Sequence record: ON184125 | DNA: 64,000 nucleotides | Source: Escherichia phage PC3 | Strand: one strand, 5' to 3' | Part shown: one piece after another, positions 26,976-36,152 of the stretch | Layout of the letters: the number at the start of each line of letters is the position of its first letter | How positions within the stretch are numbered: position 1 is the stretch's first letter | Program-made: the position numbers and the translations under genes | Notes under the pieces: generated by a model | Database searches by the model: none | The model's input: only the letters and a program-made list of their open reading frames with translations | What the model was told of the DNA's origin: nothing

Positions 26976-27725
26976 ATGTCACAAATTTATCGTATGTTCG
27001 GGTTAGAGTTTACCCCAGCTCGCCTTGATATGAAACTCCCAAATTTTGAAAAGAGTGGATTCGAAGTCGGTTGTGTTCTGGGTTTCGATCGAAACGGCAG
27101 ATCCGTTCGTGAACAAAATATTTTCGATGTTCTGGGTGTGAAACCGGACAGTGAAACAGCAATCCGCTTCGAAGAGGACATCCGTTTTGGTCATTCCGAC
27201 CTGTACGATTATGTCCGTGATGTGATCGCTGGTTATGAACACGCTAAAGCACACATGAAGATGGCCACCGATGCATGCCTGAAACTGGCGCATTGTCTAT
27301 ACTTCTTTGGTCGCAAGCGTCAGAATCTCGATATGGTATTCCCATCAGAACTGCTTGAACGCTTCTCTGAAACCGAATTTCTGCTGAAGCAAGCCGACGG
27401 AGTTGCTGTCAAATCTAGTGAAGTATTCAAATACCCGATAAATCTGGTTTCTGGACATCTGCTGGTAGGGCGTGATCAGGTCGACCTGGCGATTCATCCG
27501 GATATGGAGTATGATCAGAACTCCTGTCGTGCCATCCACAACTACGTAGGTGTCATTCTAGAAAACTTGTACTCAGCCATGGAAGAAGTGATGGCAGCAG
27601 AACAACAGGAAGAAGTGATTCGTCGTATCCGCGAAGATATCGAAGGGAAGGTGAAACAGGATGTTCTAGGGGAATATCCACCAGAGTATTTCCCTGAAGT
27701 TCCAAACTTCTACTTGTCCAAATAA
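26976..27725 (+). CDS. hypothetical protein
   Basis: 249 aa. Confidence 0.65.
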   Translation: MSQIYRMFGLEFTPARLDMKLPNFEKSGFEVGCVLGFDRNGRSVREQNIFDVLGVKPDSETAIRFEEDIRFGHSDLYDYVRDVIAGYEHAKAHMKMATDACLKLAHCLYFFGRKRQNLDMVFPSELLERFSETEFLLKQADGVAVKSSEVFKYPINLVSGHLLVGRDQVDLAIHPDMEYDQNSCRAIHNYVGVILENLYSAMEEVMAAEQQEEVIRRIREDIEGKVKQDVLGEYPPEYFPEVPNFYLSK

Positions 27726-27739
27726 CTCCACTGTGAGAG

Positions 27740-28021
27740 GTGTGTATGAAACGTTATCTGAAGCTGACGACTGTCCTTGAGTCGATCATAGAGTATTTCA
27801 TCATGCAACACCTCCGCGCCGACAACATGCATTTAGACGGTTGCCTGACGTATGACCACAAGATCATTGTCCATTCTGTTGAAGTGGTGGATGATGATCT
27901 GATGATTGCAAATGTAGAACACTGTCTGTTTGATGAGTCGGTTGATGCGTACTGCCAACCACGGTTCGCAAAAGTCGAGCTAACAAATTGTTGGCCGCCG
28001 GAAATGGTTTTTCTATATTGA
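27740..28021 (+). CDS. hypothetical protein
   Basis: 93 aa, SD GAGAGG. Confidence 0.5.
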   Translation: MCMKRYLKLTTVLESIIEYFIMQHLRADNMHLDGCLTYDHKIIVHSVEVVDDDLMIANVEHCLFDESVDAYCQPRFAKVELTNCWPPEMVFLY

Positions 28022-28025
28022 CGTA

Positions 28026-28096
28026 GAAAGTTAATATTCACGCAAGTTCGCGCTCCGCTTGGTCGCGCACCTTATAACACTAAGGTGTTAACTTTC
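28026..28096 (+). repeat. nested inverted repeats (structured intergenic element)
   Basis: Outer GAAAGTTAA ... TTAACTTTC; inner CACCTTA-taacac-TAAGGTG; GC-rich core between. Confidence 0.6.
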
Positions 28097-28210
28097 TTTT
28101 CAATAAAAAGTAGTTTACATCTATGAAAATGCAGTATATTATGTTCTCACTACACAGTCAGAACAACAATATGCCGCGGATACGGTCTTAATAACGAAAG
28201 GGTTTTTATT

Positions 28211-29047
28211 ATGTCATATATTCTTCATGTGGAATCTGGAACCAAAATTGAAATTGAAGGCAAAGACGTTGCTGCTATTCAGGCTGAAATCAAAGAAGCA
28301 GGTCTGATCATCGGAAACGTTACCCTGCGCCGTATGGTTGAAGGTGTTCTTCAGGCTGCCAACGGCTTCGAACTGATTGAAGGTCTGAGCGCCGAAGAGA
28401 AGGAAGAAACCCAGCAGGCTCTGGCGCAAGCCCAAGAGCAAGCCCAAGCTGAAGTATCCCTGAAAGTCGCTGAAACCGTCGATGCTGAAGCACCGATCTC
28501 TGCCGATGCATGTGAAGTCCCAGTGTCCGACGCCCCGGTAGACGCGGTTGAAGATGCCGTCAACGCGGCGCTGGAAGAAGGCAATCAGCCGTCCGACGCG
28601 AAAATCGGTTCCTTGGCGTCTTCGATGCTGAAAGAAGCATCGAAGGGTAAGACCCTGACCCCGCAGGCAGCGCTGGTAGAGCGTAAACGCCGTCACACCA
28701 AACGTGAGGAAATGGTTGACTTGGCTCGCGCTTCTAATCACGGTCCGGTCTTGGCGGCGATTGAAGCTGGTGTTGTCCCCGGCGTGTTCCTGAGCTACGT
28801 GAACCCAGACATGCGTTGGTTCCAGTTCCCGGTCACCGAACTGGCTAACCCTGAAAACCTTCACGCTCGCACCAATACGTATGTCGACGTTGCGCCTATC
28901 GTTTCCGGTGGCTGGGGCTTCAGTCTGTACGTGAACGGCAAGTCCTTCACCAAACGTCAGAAGATCAAAGAGTCTGATGCTGAGTCTCTGGTTAAGGCGA
29001 TCAATGAATGGCTTCCACAGGCTCTGGCTGAAGCGAAAGCTGTGTAA
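28211..29047 (+). CDS. hypothetical protein with acidic Ala/Glu/Gln-rich central region
   Basis: 278 aa. Confidence 0.65.
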   Translation: MSYILHVESGTKIEIEGKDVAAIQAEIKEAGLIIGNVTLRRMVEGVLQAANGFELIEGLSAEEKEETQQALAQAQEQAQAEVSLKVAETVDAEAPISADACEVPVSDAPVDAVEDAVNAALEEGNQPSDAKIGSLASSMLKEASKGKTLTPQAALVERKRRHTKREEMVDLARASNHGPVLAAIEAGVVPGVFLSYVNPDMRWFQFPVTELANPENLHARTNTYVDVAPIVSGGWGFSLYVNGKSFTKRQKIKESDAESLVKAINEWLPQALAEAKAV

Positions 29048-29065
29048 ATTTAAGTTCAGAAACTG

Positions 29066-29100
29066 TTCAATAGATGAAGGGGTTGCTATAATAGCAGCTC
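29066..29100 (+). promoter_or_regulatory. promoter-like element TTCAAT-N15-TATAAT within hairpin, upstream of nucleotide-modification operon
   Basis: TTCAATAG...GGGGTTGC-TATAATA-GCAGCTCC (stem with G-U pairs) then TTTTGTTT. Confidence 0.5.
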
Positions 29101-29122
29101 CTTTTGTTTATCGGAGCAGTTT

Positions 29123-29782
29123 ATGTCCTACTCCCTGAAGGGGCTGATGAAGCGCCCCGTCCACACATTCTTTAAACCACCCGTCGTAAAGGGGATCTAC
29201 CCAGCACGAGGGCAAATCTACTACGTCAAAGGCTCCAATGGTAGCGGTAAATCCACTGTGCCGTCTCAGCTGGCGGAGAGGGATCCTCAGGCGTATGTCG
29301 TGACCCATAACGGCAAGGTAATGCTGACTGTCTGTCCTTCGTTCAACGTGGTCTGTATCGGTAAATATGACAAGTCGAAGTCCAAGGGGGTTGATTCCCT
29401 GAAGGACACTGAGCAGATGTTGTTCGCGTTGTCTATTGCTGACCAACCAGAATACTTGAAATATGATGTGATTTTCGAAGGTATCATTCCATCCACATTA
29501 TTGAGTTCTTGGATCCCCCGCCTGACACGCCCACCACGTGAATTGGTTGTGCTCTTTATGGACACTCCCCTTGAAACGTGTATCTCCCGCGTTAAATCAC
29601 GTAACGGCGGTGTGGACTTCAATGAAAGTCTGGTGGTCGAGAAGTGGGAGAGAGTTCATGACCATCGTCAACGACATAAAGACTTGTTCCCTACGGTAGC
29701 TGCGGGTATGATGAAGTCTCACGGCCTAACGGTAGACCAGGCTGTGATGGCATTCCTCTGTCGTGATTTTGGGAGTATCTGA
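29123..29782 (+). CDS. P-loop kinase, candidate 5-hydroxymethyl-dU DNA kinase-like
   Basis: 219 aa; Walker A GSNGSGKST near N-terminus; sits directly upstream of and overlapping the ThyA homolog. Confidence 0.55.
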   Translation: MSYSLKGLMKRPVHTFFKPPVVKGIYPARGQIYYVKGSNGSGKSTVPSQLAERDPQAYVVTHNGKVMLTVCPSFNVVCIGKYDKSKSKGVDSLKDTEQMLFALSIADQPEYLKYDVIFEGIIPSTLLSSWIPRLTRPPRELVVLFMDTPLETCISRVKSRNGGVDFNESLVVEKWERVHDHRQRHKDLFPTVAAGMMKSHGLTVDQAVMAFLCRDFGSI

Positions 29783-30828
29783 TGGAAATCAAAGCAATTA
29801 ACAACAATGACATGCTGAAGCAGGCTGTCTTGGCTATCCGTGAATTCGGGATCGAATCTGATCCTGGTAATGCTGAAATAAATACTGATAGCACCCGCTT
29901 CCTTGATGGCGTGACCATAACCGTCGCCGACATCCGTGACCGCTGGCTATCCGTTGAAGGTCGTAACTCATCGGCTATCGCTGCCATCGGCGAGACCTTC
30001 TGGGTTCTGTCCGGGCGCGATGACGTTCGCTTCCTGTCCCGCGTATTACCTCGCGCTGCTAACTTTTCGGATGATGGGGTAACATGGCGAGCTGCTTATG
30101 GTCCGCGTCTGTACGCCCATGGCCAGCTGGATAGCGTTATCAACCGCCTGCGCAAGAACCCAAACACTCGCCAGGCGTACCTCACCATCTATGACCCGGC
30201 TCTAGATTCGGATGCTGGTCTGGCGAAGTTCAGCGAGAGCGGCGAAGCAAAGACTAAGGACATGGTGTGTAACCTGGCTCTGTTGTTCGCCATCGTTGAA
30301 GGTCGTCTGAACCTGACGGTCATCAACCGCTCACAGGATGTTCTGTGGGGGATGAGTTCAATCAACTTCATTGAGTTCTCTATTCTTCAGGAAGTGATTG
30401 CTCGGGTGCTGGACGTTGACGTCGGTCAGTACAAGCTATTCTCTAACAATCTTCATTACTACAACAATGAAGTCAGCCAGAAGCAGCTTGGCAAGATTAC
30501 CAAAGACACAAAAGTCACTGGTGGTTTCATCAACTCCATGATTCACTTCACGAACGTGACCAACCAGAACCATATCCGCAATCTGTTCACTGGTGTGCTT
30601 CATCACTGTGATATCGGCAGCCCGTGGGAAACTGTGGTCGCCCACCTGAAGGAATATGATGCTGATCGTGGCCTGATTGTACAGATGGCGTACTGTCTGC
30701 ACTGCAAACTGAACGAAAAGCTCATTAACCTGGACCTGATTCAGGATCATGGCTTGAACACCGCGCTCACCCATTCTCCGGTTGACCGCAAGATCGTTGA
30801 TCCTAAGTTCCTGGAAGGTGTAGTATGA
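29782..30828 (+). CDS. thymidylate synthase family protein (possible pyrimidine hydroxymethylase)
   Basis: 348 aa with ThyA-like segments (YGPRLYAHGQLDSVINRLRKNPNTRQAYLTIYDP); longer than canonical ThyA. Confidence 0.7.
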   Translation: MEIKAINNNDMLKQAVLAIREFGIESDPGNAEINTDSTRFLDGVTITVADIRDRWLSVEGRNSSAIAAIGETFWVLSGRDDVRFLSRVLPRAANFSDDGVTWRAAYGPRLYAHGQLDSVINRLRKNPNTRQAYLTIYDPALDSDAGLAKFSESGEAKTKDMVCNLALLFAIVEGRLNLTVINRSQDVLWGMSSINFIEFSILQEVIARVLDVDVGQYKLFSNNLHYYNNEVSQKQLGKITKDTKVTGGFINSMIHFTNVTNQNHIRNLFTGVLHHCDIGSPWETVVAHLKEYDADRGLIVQMAYCLHCKLNEKLINLDLIQDHGLNTALTHSPVDRKIVDPKFLEGVV

Positions 30829-31394
30829 TGTACCCAAATCTTGAATTCTTTACGGGGCGCAAACGCTCCGGCAAGGACTTCTGTTTGGAGTCCCTGATCA
30901 GTTACCACCACTTACAGGGTGATATGGACATACAGCGCCTTTCTTTCTCTGATGAACTGCGCCGTGTAGCCAACTACATCTACCCATGGCTCCCAGCGGA
31001 GGTAGAGGATGCCGTGAAGGACGTTCCTTACGTGCACCCTGATAACCCCAAGGGCTTAACTCCACGGCAGATCTGGCTTCATCTAGGCAGCGATACGGGC
31101 TTGCGTTATGTACAGCCTGATCTGTTCCTGGCATTCTTCAAGCGCTTCCAGCTTCCTCTGGTAGAGCAGAACCCCCACGTCCATTATATCGTGAGCGATC
31201 TGCGTACCCCTCAGGAATATGAATGGGCGCTGAGTACGAAATGTCCTATCACCCGTATTTCAAAGGCCGACCGTGCTGGTATCATAGAGGACGATATAGA
31301 GGCTTTCATTGACCAAATGAAAGTGGACTACGAATTCCTCAATCCATTTGATGGTTGGGAACCGTTCGTTAAATTCTACGGAGAACGTAAATGA
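30825..31394 (+). CDS. deoxynucleoside monophosphate kinase (T4 gp1-like)
   Basis: 189 aa; GRKRSGKDF resembles T4 dNMP kinase P-loop. Confidence 0.7.
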   Translation: MMYPNLEFFTGRKRSGKDFCLESLISYHHLQGDMDIQRLSFSDELRRVANYIYPWLPAEVEDAVKDVPYVHPDNPKGLTPRQIWLHLGSDTGLRYVQPDLFLAFFKRFQLPLVEQNPHVHYIVSDLRTPQEYEWALSTKCPITRISKADRAGIIEDDIEAFIDQMKVDYEFLNPFDGWEPFVKFYGERK

Positions 31395-31945
31395 TCACAG
31401 CAGGGCATATCAAAAGCCTGCTCGAACTCCAAAAGGCCACCAACGTGGCCTACTTTGGGGAAGAGTGGAAGAATGTATGGAGTCAGAACGCAGTCATCAA
31501 CTCTATCTATCGTGAGTGGGCAGAGTTCCTTGATGAAACCACCCGTGACTGGAAGGTCTATGGCAACGACATCGGGTTTGACCATACGAACGCAGTTTAT
31601 GAACTGGTGGACGTGGTACACTTCATGTTGTGCTTCATCCTTGTGGACCGCACCAAAGGTGAGATCGAAGAAGAATTTGAAGTCCTTAGTAATCGCGAAT
31701 TCACCCCATCTGCTTTGGGTGTTGTAGGGCATCACAATGTTACGTACCGCCTTGGGCAATTCATGAACGATCCTTGCGTTGAGACTCTCATGTTCTTCCT
31801 GTCGTCTGCGTGTTCTTATATGGAGATCGACATTGAGACTTACATACTGGCACACAAACGCAAGAACGATCGCAATCGCCTGCGTGCTGCTGGTGGCGCG
31901 GATTACGATAAGTCTGCAGAAACCCCTCTGACCCTGGAGTTCTAA
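31391..31945 (+). CDS. dCTPase/dUTPase-like nucleotide pyrophosphatase (T4 gp56-like)
   Basis: 184 aa; ELVDVVHFMLCFIL resembles recalled gp56 ELVDIFHFVLNMF. Confidence 0.6.
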   Translation: MITAGHIKSLLELQKATNVAYFGEEWKNVWSQNAVINSIYREWAEFLDETTRDWKVYGNDIGFDHTNAVYELVDVVHFMLCFILVDRTKGEIEEEFEVLSNREFTPSALGVVGHHNVTYRLGQFMNDPCVETLMFFLSSACSYMEIDIETYILAHKRKNDRNRLRAAGGADYDKSAETPLTLEF

Positions 31946-32487
31946 TGTTTACAGTCGTCGTTTCATATCATGCAGACAACGCGGCGAACGCATCCGCTAA
32001 TTTCGCCGAGCACATCATCGGCGGCGGTCATAATGTATTCCTTACTGAATACACCAGGCCTGTTAAACCGGGCGACGGTCTTTCGGCGACTGTTACGCAT
32101 AAGATCGCCAGCGAGCAACCAGAGTCTCTGTTCAGGATGATCGAAGAGTATGCCGGTGGTGGCATCAAGATACCAGATGAACTGGTAGACGTCTATTTTG
32201 AAGGCTCGATCTATTACATCCACGCTATGCCAAAGGATGTAACCATTGAACAGATGATGTATATCCTGAATATAGCACTGAACACTGCGTGCATCAACCG
32301 CACGAACTACAACAATCTGCGCAATATGTACCTAACCGACCGGCATAATGACGATGCGTCACTTGTTGAGACAATGTCCCTGAAGAGCATCCAAGAGGCG
32401 GTTAACATTTTGTCCCAGAAGGTTATGGGTGTAGACTTACTAACGACGATTAACAACAAAGAGGAAGTGAAATGGCCAGTTCATTAA
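31945..32487 (+). CDS. hypothetical protein
   Basis: 180 aa, TAATG overlap with preceding gene, inside the nucleotide operon. Confidence 0.55.
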   Translation: MFTVVVSYHADNAANASANFAEHIIGGGHNVFLTEYTRPVKPGDGLSATVTHKIASEQPESLFRMIEEYAGGGIKIPDELVDVYFEGSIYYIHAMPKDVTIEQMMYILNIALNTACINRTNYNNLRNMYLTDRHNDDASLVETMSLKSIQEAVNILSQKVMGVDLLTTINNKEEVKWPVH

Positions 32488-33557
32488 TGGACCGCATGCT
32501 GAAGGTTGCTAAGAAACACGATGACCAGGCTTCAGTGCTGTCCAAATCCGACGCTCTGGAACCGTCTATCATCTGTTCTACTGGTATTCCCCTGATCGAT
32601 ATCGCATGGTCTGGGCGTATTGACGGTGGTCTGATCTCCGGTATCAAGATGATGGTGGGTGATTCCCGTACCTTCAAAACGATGTTCGGTCTGGTGGACG
32701 TCAAGGCGTACATGGACAAGTTCCCTGATGCTATCTGCGTCTTTGCGGACTCAGAAAAGGGTGCCAACGCCGATTACTGGACCTCTATGGGCATTGACAT
32801 GGACCGCGTCCTGTACGTACCGATCGACAACGTTGAACAGACCAAGATCCGCTTGCTGCAGATCCTCCAGGAAGTCAAGAAAGGCGACCATGTTATAATC
32901 TTCATCGACTCTATCAGCCAACTACCCTCCACCAAGGAAGTTGAAGATGCGATCAAAGGGAACGACACTCAAGACATGACCCGCGCCCGTGCCCTTAACA
33001 GCTTCTGGCGTGTCATGACTCCCGAAATCAACAGCAAAAATCTCGTGTGTGTTTGGATCAACTCCTATTACGATGAGATCGGCAACCAATATGCCGAGCC
33101 TAACATCAAAGGCGGCAAACAGGGCTTCTTATCCTCCAACTTGATCTGGTTTATCACCCGTTCTCAGGTGAAGGAAGACAAAGATCTGCTGGGTTGGAAC
33201 TTCAACATAAGCATCATGAAAGGTCGCCATGTCAAAGAGAAAGCCAAGCTCCCTGTGACGGTACTGTACAACGGTGGTATTGATCGCTGGAGCGGCCTGC
33301 TTGAGATCGCTCGTGCTCTGGGTTATGTTGATATGCCGTCTTCCGGTTGGTATGTGCGTACAGCCAAGGGTGGTTTCGATCCTGAGAAGGAAAAGAAATA
33401 TCAGAAGCGTCAGATGGATGATGATTTCTGGTATCCGCTGCTGGAGAATGTCAACTTCGCCGATGACGTGAAGAAAATGTTCGGTGTTTCTAACGGTACT
33501 GTTATGCCTGCTAACATGCTGGAGCAAATGGACCATGTTATCAACACAAGCGAATAA
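32472..33557 (+). CDS. uvsX: RecA-like recombinase UvsX
   Basis: 361 aa; N-terminus and core (ISGIKMMVGDSRTFKTMFGL, VIIFIDSISQLPSTKEVEDA, TRARALNSFWRVMTP) align by eye with T4 UvsX. Confidence 0.9.
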   Translation: MASSLMDRMLKVAKKHDDQASVLSKSDALEPSIICSTGIPLIDIAWSGRIDGGLISGIKMMVGDSRTFKTMFGLVDVKAYMDKFPDAICVFADSEKGANADYWTSMGIDMDRVLYVPIDNVEQTKIRLLQILQEVKKGDHVIIFIDSISQLPSTKEVEDAIKGNDTQDMTRARALNSFWRVMTPEINSKNLVCVWINSYYDEIGNQYAEPNIKGGKQGFLSSNLIWFITRSQVKEDKDLLGWNFNISIMKGRHVKEKAKLPVTVLYNGGIDRWSGLLEIARALGYVDMPSSGWYVRTAKGGFDPEKEKKYQKRQMDDDFWYPLLENVNFADDVKKMFGVSNGTVMPANMLEQMDHVINTSE

Positions 33558-33864
33558 CAGTGGAGGGGGAGGAGACTCCCCCAATAACTACACAATCATC
33601 GACCCTGGTGCTGATCAGCTGGCGATCATCAAGATCACTTCTGGCAAATTCCGTGGTGTTCAATTCCGGTTCGGCAAGGTGGCCATCAACGAAGTGGACT
33701 GCGAACCCCGCCTGTCTTTCGTGACTGATATATTGAAGAAACCATTGCGTCTGATGTTTGTGAATTTGAAAGAAAATGACTTGTTCACTGAGGTGTCAGG
33801 GGATATCCTTGTAGACCTCATGCAGCGTAATGCTCAGGAATATAATAAATTTTTGGTGGGGTAA
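33535..33864 (+). CDS. possible small protein between uvsX and helicase (start uncertain)
   Basis: Open frame continuous to 33864; only upstream ATG (33535) overlaps uvsX and the hairpin would lie inside its 5' coding region. Confidence 0.3.
   Translation: MLSTQANNSGGGGDSPNNYTIIDPGADQLAIIKITSGKFRGVQFRFGKVAINEVDCEPRLSFVTDILKKPLRLMFVNLKENDLFTEVSGDILVDLMQRNAQEYNKFLVG
33565..33582 (+). other. hairpin immediately after uvsX stop
   Basis: GGGGGAG-gaga-CTCCCCC perfect 7 bp stem. Confidence 0.6.
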
Positions 33865-33871
33865 GTGGCCA

Positions 33872-35296
33872 ATGTTACTCGAATCTGTCGTGCTTTCACA
33901 GTTGATTTACAATGAAGATTACCAAAGAAAGATCCTGCCGTACCTGAAAGCCGATTATTTTGACAACGAAGGCGAAAAGGTCATCTTTGGTCTGATTGAC
34001 AGTTATACCTCAGAGTACAATGCCCGCCCGTCTGTCGAAGCACTATCTATAATTCTTGAACGGACAAAGCTGAACGAATATGTGTTTGACCAGGCGGTAT
34101 CTGCCCTGGAGAACATCAACGACAACACCTTCAATGAAGAGTGGCTGGCGAAGGAAACCGAGGCTTGGGCGCGACAAAAGGCCGTACACAACGCAATCAA
34201 GACCGCCGTTAACATCTACGGTGACGAGAAGCGCAAGGACGAGATGAACAACATCCCGACCATGTTGCAGGAAGCCCTGGCTATCCGGTTTGATTCATAT
34301 CTCGGTCACATCTATTGGGAGATGGCGGCAGAGCAGTATGACCACATGAACTCCAACGAGGCCAAGATCCCGTTCGCAGTTGAGATCTTCAATAAGGCGA
34401 CACGTGGTGGCGTTGGTAAGAAGACACTGAACATCGTAACAGGTGCGATCAACGCAGGTAAGACCACAACGCTGATTGACCTGACCGCAGGGTACTCGGA
34501 GCAGGGGCTGAACGTCTTTGTCTTCACCCTTGAAGTGGCCGAGAACGTCTGGCGACACCGTCTTGATGCCCGTATCATGCGTCGCGACTTTGAGTCTTTA
34601 GAGAAACTCACAAGGCACGAGTATATTGCAACGATAGAGAAGCTCCGCAGTCGCCAAGATGGTGCGCCCAAGGGTGATATCGTCATCAAGGAATATCCTT
34701 CCGGTACTGGACACACAGGTTTATTCCGCCGCGATATCCTTGAGTACATCCAGGCAACTGGTCGTGCTCCTGATGTTATCGTTATTGACTATCTTGGCGA
34801 AGCTGCTTCCTCGCGCCTGCCTGCCCACCTGATGCAGAACACGAACGTCTATTACACGTCTGTGGCTCGTGAGTTTCGTGCGCTGGGATTTGAGTTTGAT
34901 GTCCCTGTATGGACTGGTATGCAGTTCAATCGTGAGAATCAGAATAGCACTGATGGTGGAATCAGTGATTTGGCAGATGCTATCGGTATTCCGAAGGTGG
35001 CCGACTTCATCATGGCATTCTATGCTCCTGACGAACTGGCGGCGGTCAAGAAAGCCCGAGCCTCAATACTCAAGAACCGTTATGCCAACAAGCAGAAGCT
35101 GAAATCATTCCTGTTTGGTATGGACCAAGACAAACAGATCCTGTTTGACCTGGACTGGAATGAAGTTAAGAAGGACCTGACTGAGGCTGAGGCCAAATAT
35201 GTCGAAAACGTACACATCAAACATGACCTCAACAAGTCCGGAGCTGCTGCCAGCGATGAGCAGAAAGCCCAAACGGTCAATAATTGGAAATTCTAG
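33872..35296 (+). CDS. replicative DNA helicase (T4 gp41/DnaB-like)
   Basis: 474 aa from Met 15 of track ORF; Walker A GAINAGKTT, DnaB-like layout. Confidence 0.85.
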   Translation: MLLESVVLSQLIYNEDYQRKILPYLKADYFDNEGEKVIFGLIDSYTSEYNARPSVEALSIILERTKLNEYVFDQAVSALENINDNTFNEEWLAKETEAWARQKAVHNAIKTAVNIYGDEKRKDEMNNIPTMLQEALAIRFDSYLGHIYWEMAAEQYDHMNSNEAKIPFAVEIFNKATRGGVGKKTLNIVTGAINAGKTTTLIDLTAGYSEQGLNVFVFTLEVAENVWRHRLDARIMRRDFESLEKLTRHEYIATIEKLRSRQDGAPKGDIVIKEYPSGTGHTGLFRRDILEYIQATGRAPDVIVIDYLGEAASSRLPAHLMQNTNVYYTSVAREFRALGFEFDVPVWTGMQFNRENQNSTDGGISDLADAIGIPKVADFIMAFYAPDELAAVKKARASILKNRYANKQKLKSFLFGMDQDKQILFDLDWNEVKKDLTEAEAKYVENVHIKHDLNKSGAAASDEQKAQTVNNWKF

Positions 35297-35300
35297 GCAA

Positions 35301-35335
35301 TTCAATAAAGCGGGTCATAGGGTATAATTCTATGA
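35301..35335 (+). promoter_or_regulatory. promoter-like element TTCAAT-N16-TATAAT with TATAAT in palindrome TCATAG...CTATGA
   Basis: TTCAATAAAGCGGGTCATAGGGTATAATTCTATGA. Confidence 0.45.
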
Positions 35336-35360
35336 TCTGAATGTAAACCAGGAGCACATC

Positions 35361-35696
35361 ATGTCACACAATGATTTTATGGCTGGCCTGGTGCAGGCCG
35401 CCAAACAGGTGTGCCACACCAAACAAGCGATTGAGCTGAGTCCGGAGCAGACTCTGGAGTTCTTCAACAATCGTAAAATCTGGGAGGAATATGGAATTGG
35501 TATGATATGCCAAGAGGGTGAACTCGTACAGCTGGATCTACCGTCATTTCCCCTTCCAGTGCGCACCAACACAGTGGAATGGTATACGACGGAAGATGGT
35601 GTAGAGATCATCCCGAAGTTCCAGTATCACTCAATCGTAAACTTCTTTTTACGCCGTTGCGGGACTAATCTGATCCCACAAGGTATGAGATCTTAA
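35361..35696 (+). CDS. hypothetical protein
   Basis: 111 aa; AGGAGCACATCATG initiation region. Confidence 0.55.
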   Translation: MSHNDFMAGLVQAAKQVCHTKQAIELSPEQTLEFFNNRKIWEEYGIGMICQEGELVQLDLPSFPLPVRTNTVEWYTTEDGVEIIPKFQYHSIVNFFLRRCGTNLIPQGMRS

Positions 35697-35711
35697 CAAG
35701 AGGAACACCAA

Positions 35712-36026
35712 ATGTCTGTAGAACAAATCGGCTTTTATGTACTACCATCTGATCCTGAATCCCGTCGCAAGCTGATAGGTGCAATTGAAAACTGTCGTGC
35801 CGCCCAGGTCCGCATCAAGTCGGAACAGACTTTCATTACTGAGACTCTGGCCGAGCTGGCGAAAGACACGGGTATCAAGGCCAGCGACTTGCGCAAGGTT
35901 GTATCCGACCGCGCCAATGGAACTTACCATAAGACGATCGAAACGAGCGAGAAATATCAAGACTTATACGAGTCTCTATTCCCGAACGCCAAGCCCGATC
36001 GAGACCCGAATGTCAGTGGCGAATAA
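35712..36026 (+). CDS. hypothetical protein
   Basis: 104 aa, SD GAGGAA. Confidence 0.55.
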   Translation: MSVEQIGFYVLPSDPESRRKLIGAIENCRAAQVRIKSEQTFITETLAELAKDTGIKASDLRKVVSDRANGTYHKTIETSEKYQDLYESLFPNAKPDRDPNVSGE

Positions 36027-36044
36027 GTCAATCGAACACCAAGA

Positions 36045-36070
36045 AGCCCAGTCAAGTACTGGGCTTTTTA
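36045..36070 (+). terminator. rho-independent terminator
   Basis: AGCCCAGT-caagt-ACTGGGCT followed by TTTTTACTT. Confidence 0.7.
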
Positions 36071-36152
36071 CTTCAATAACTTTACTTTCAAGAAATAATC
36101 GCCTAATATTTAATCTGTATTGAAGAGTTACAACTACATCATGAGGCTGGAA

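Noticed and set aside
28214-28864. 216 aa minus-strand ORF opposite 28211..29047
   Set aside because: Antisense to a gene with good start context and coupling to the downstream operon; no independent support.
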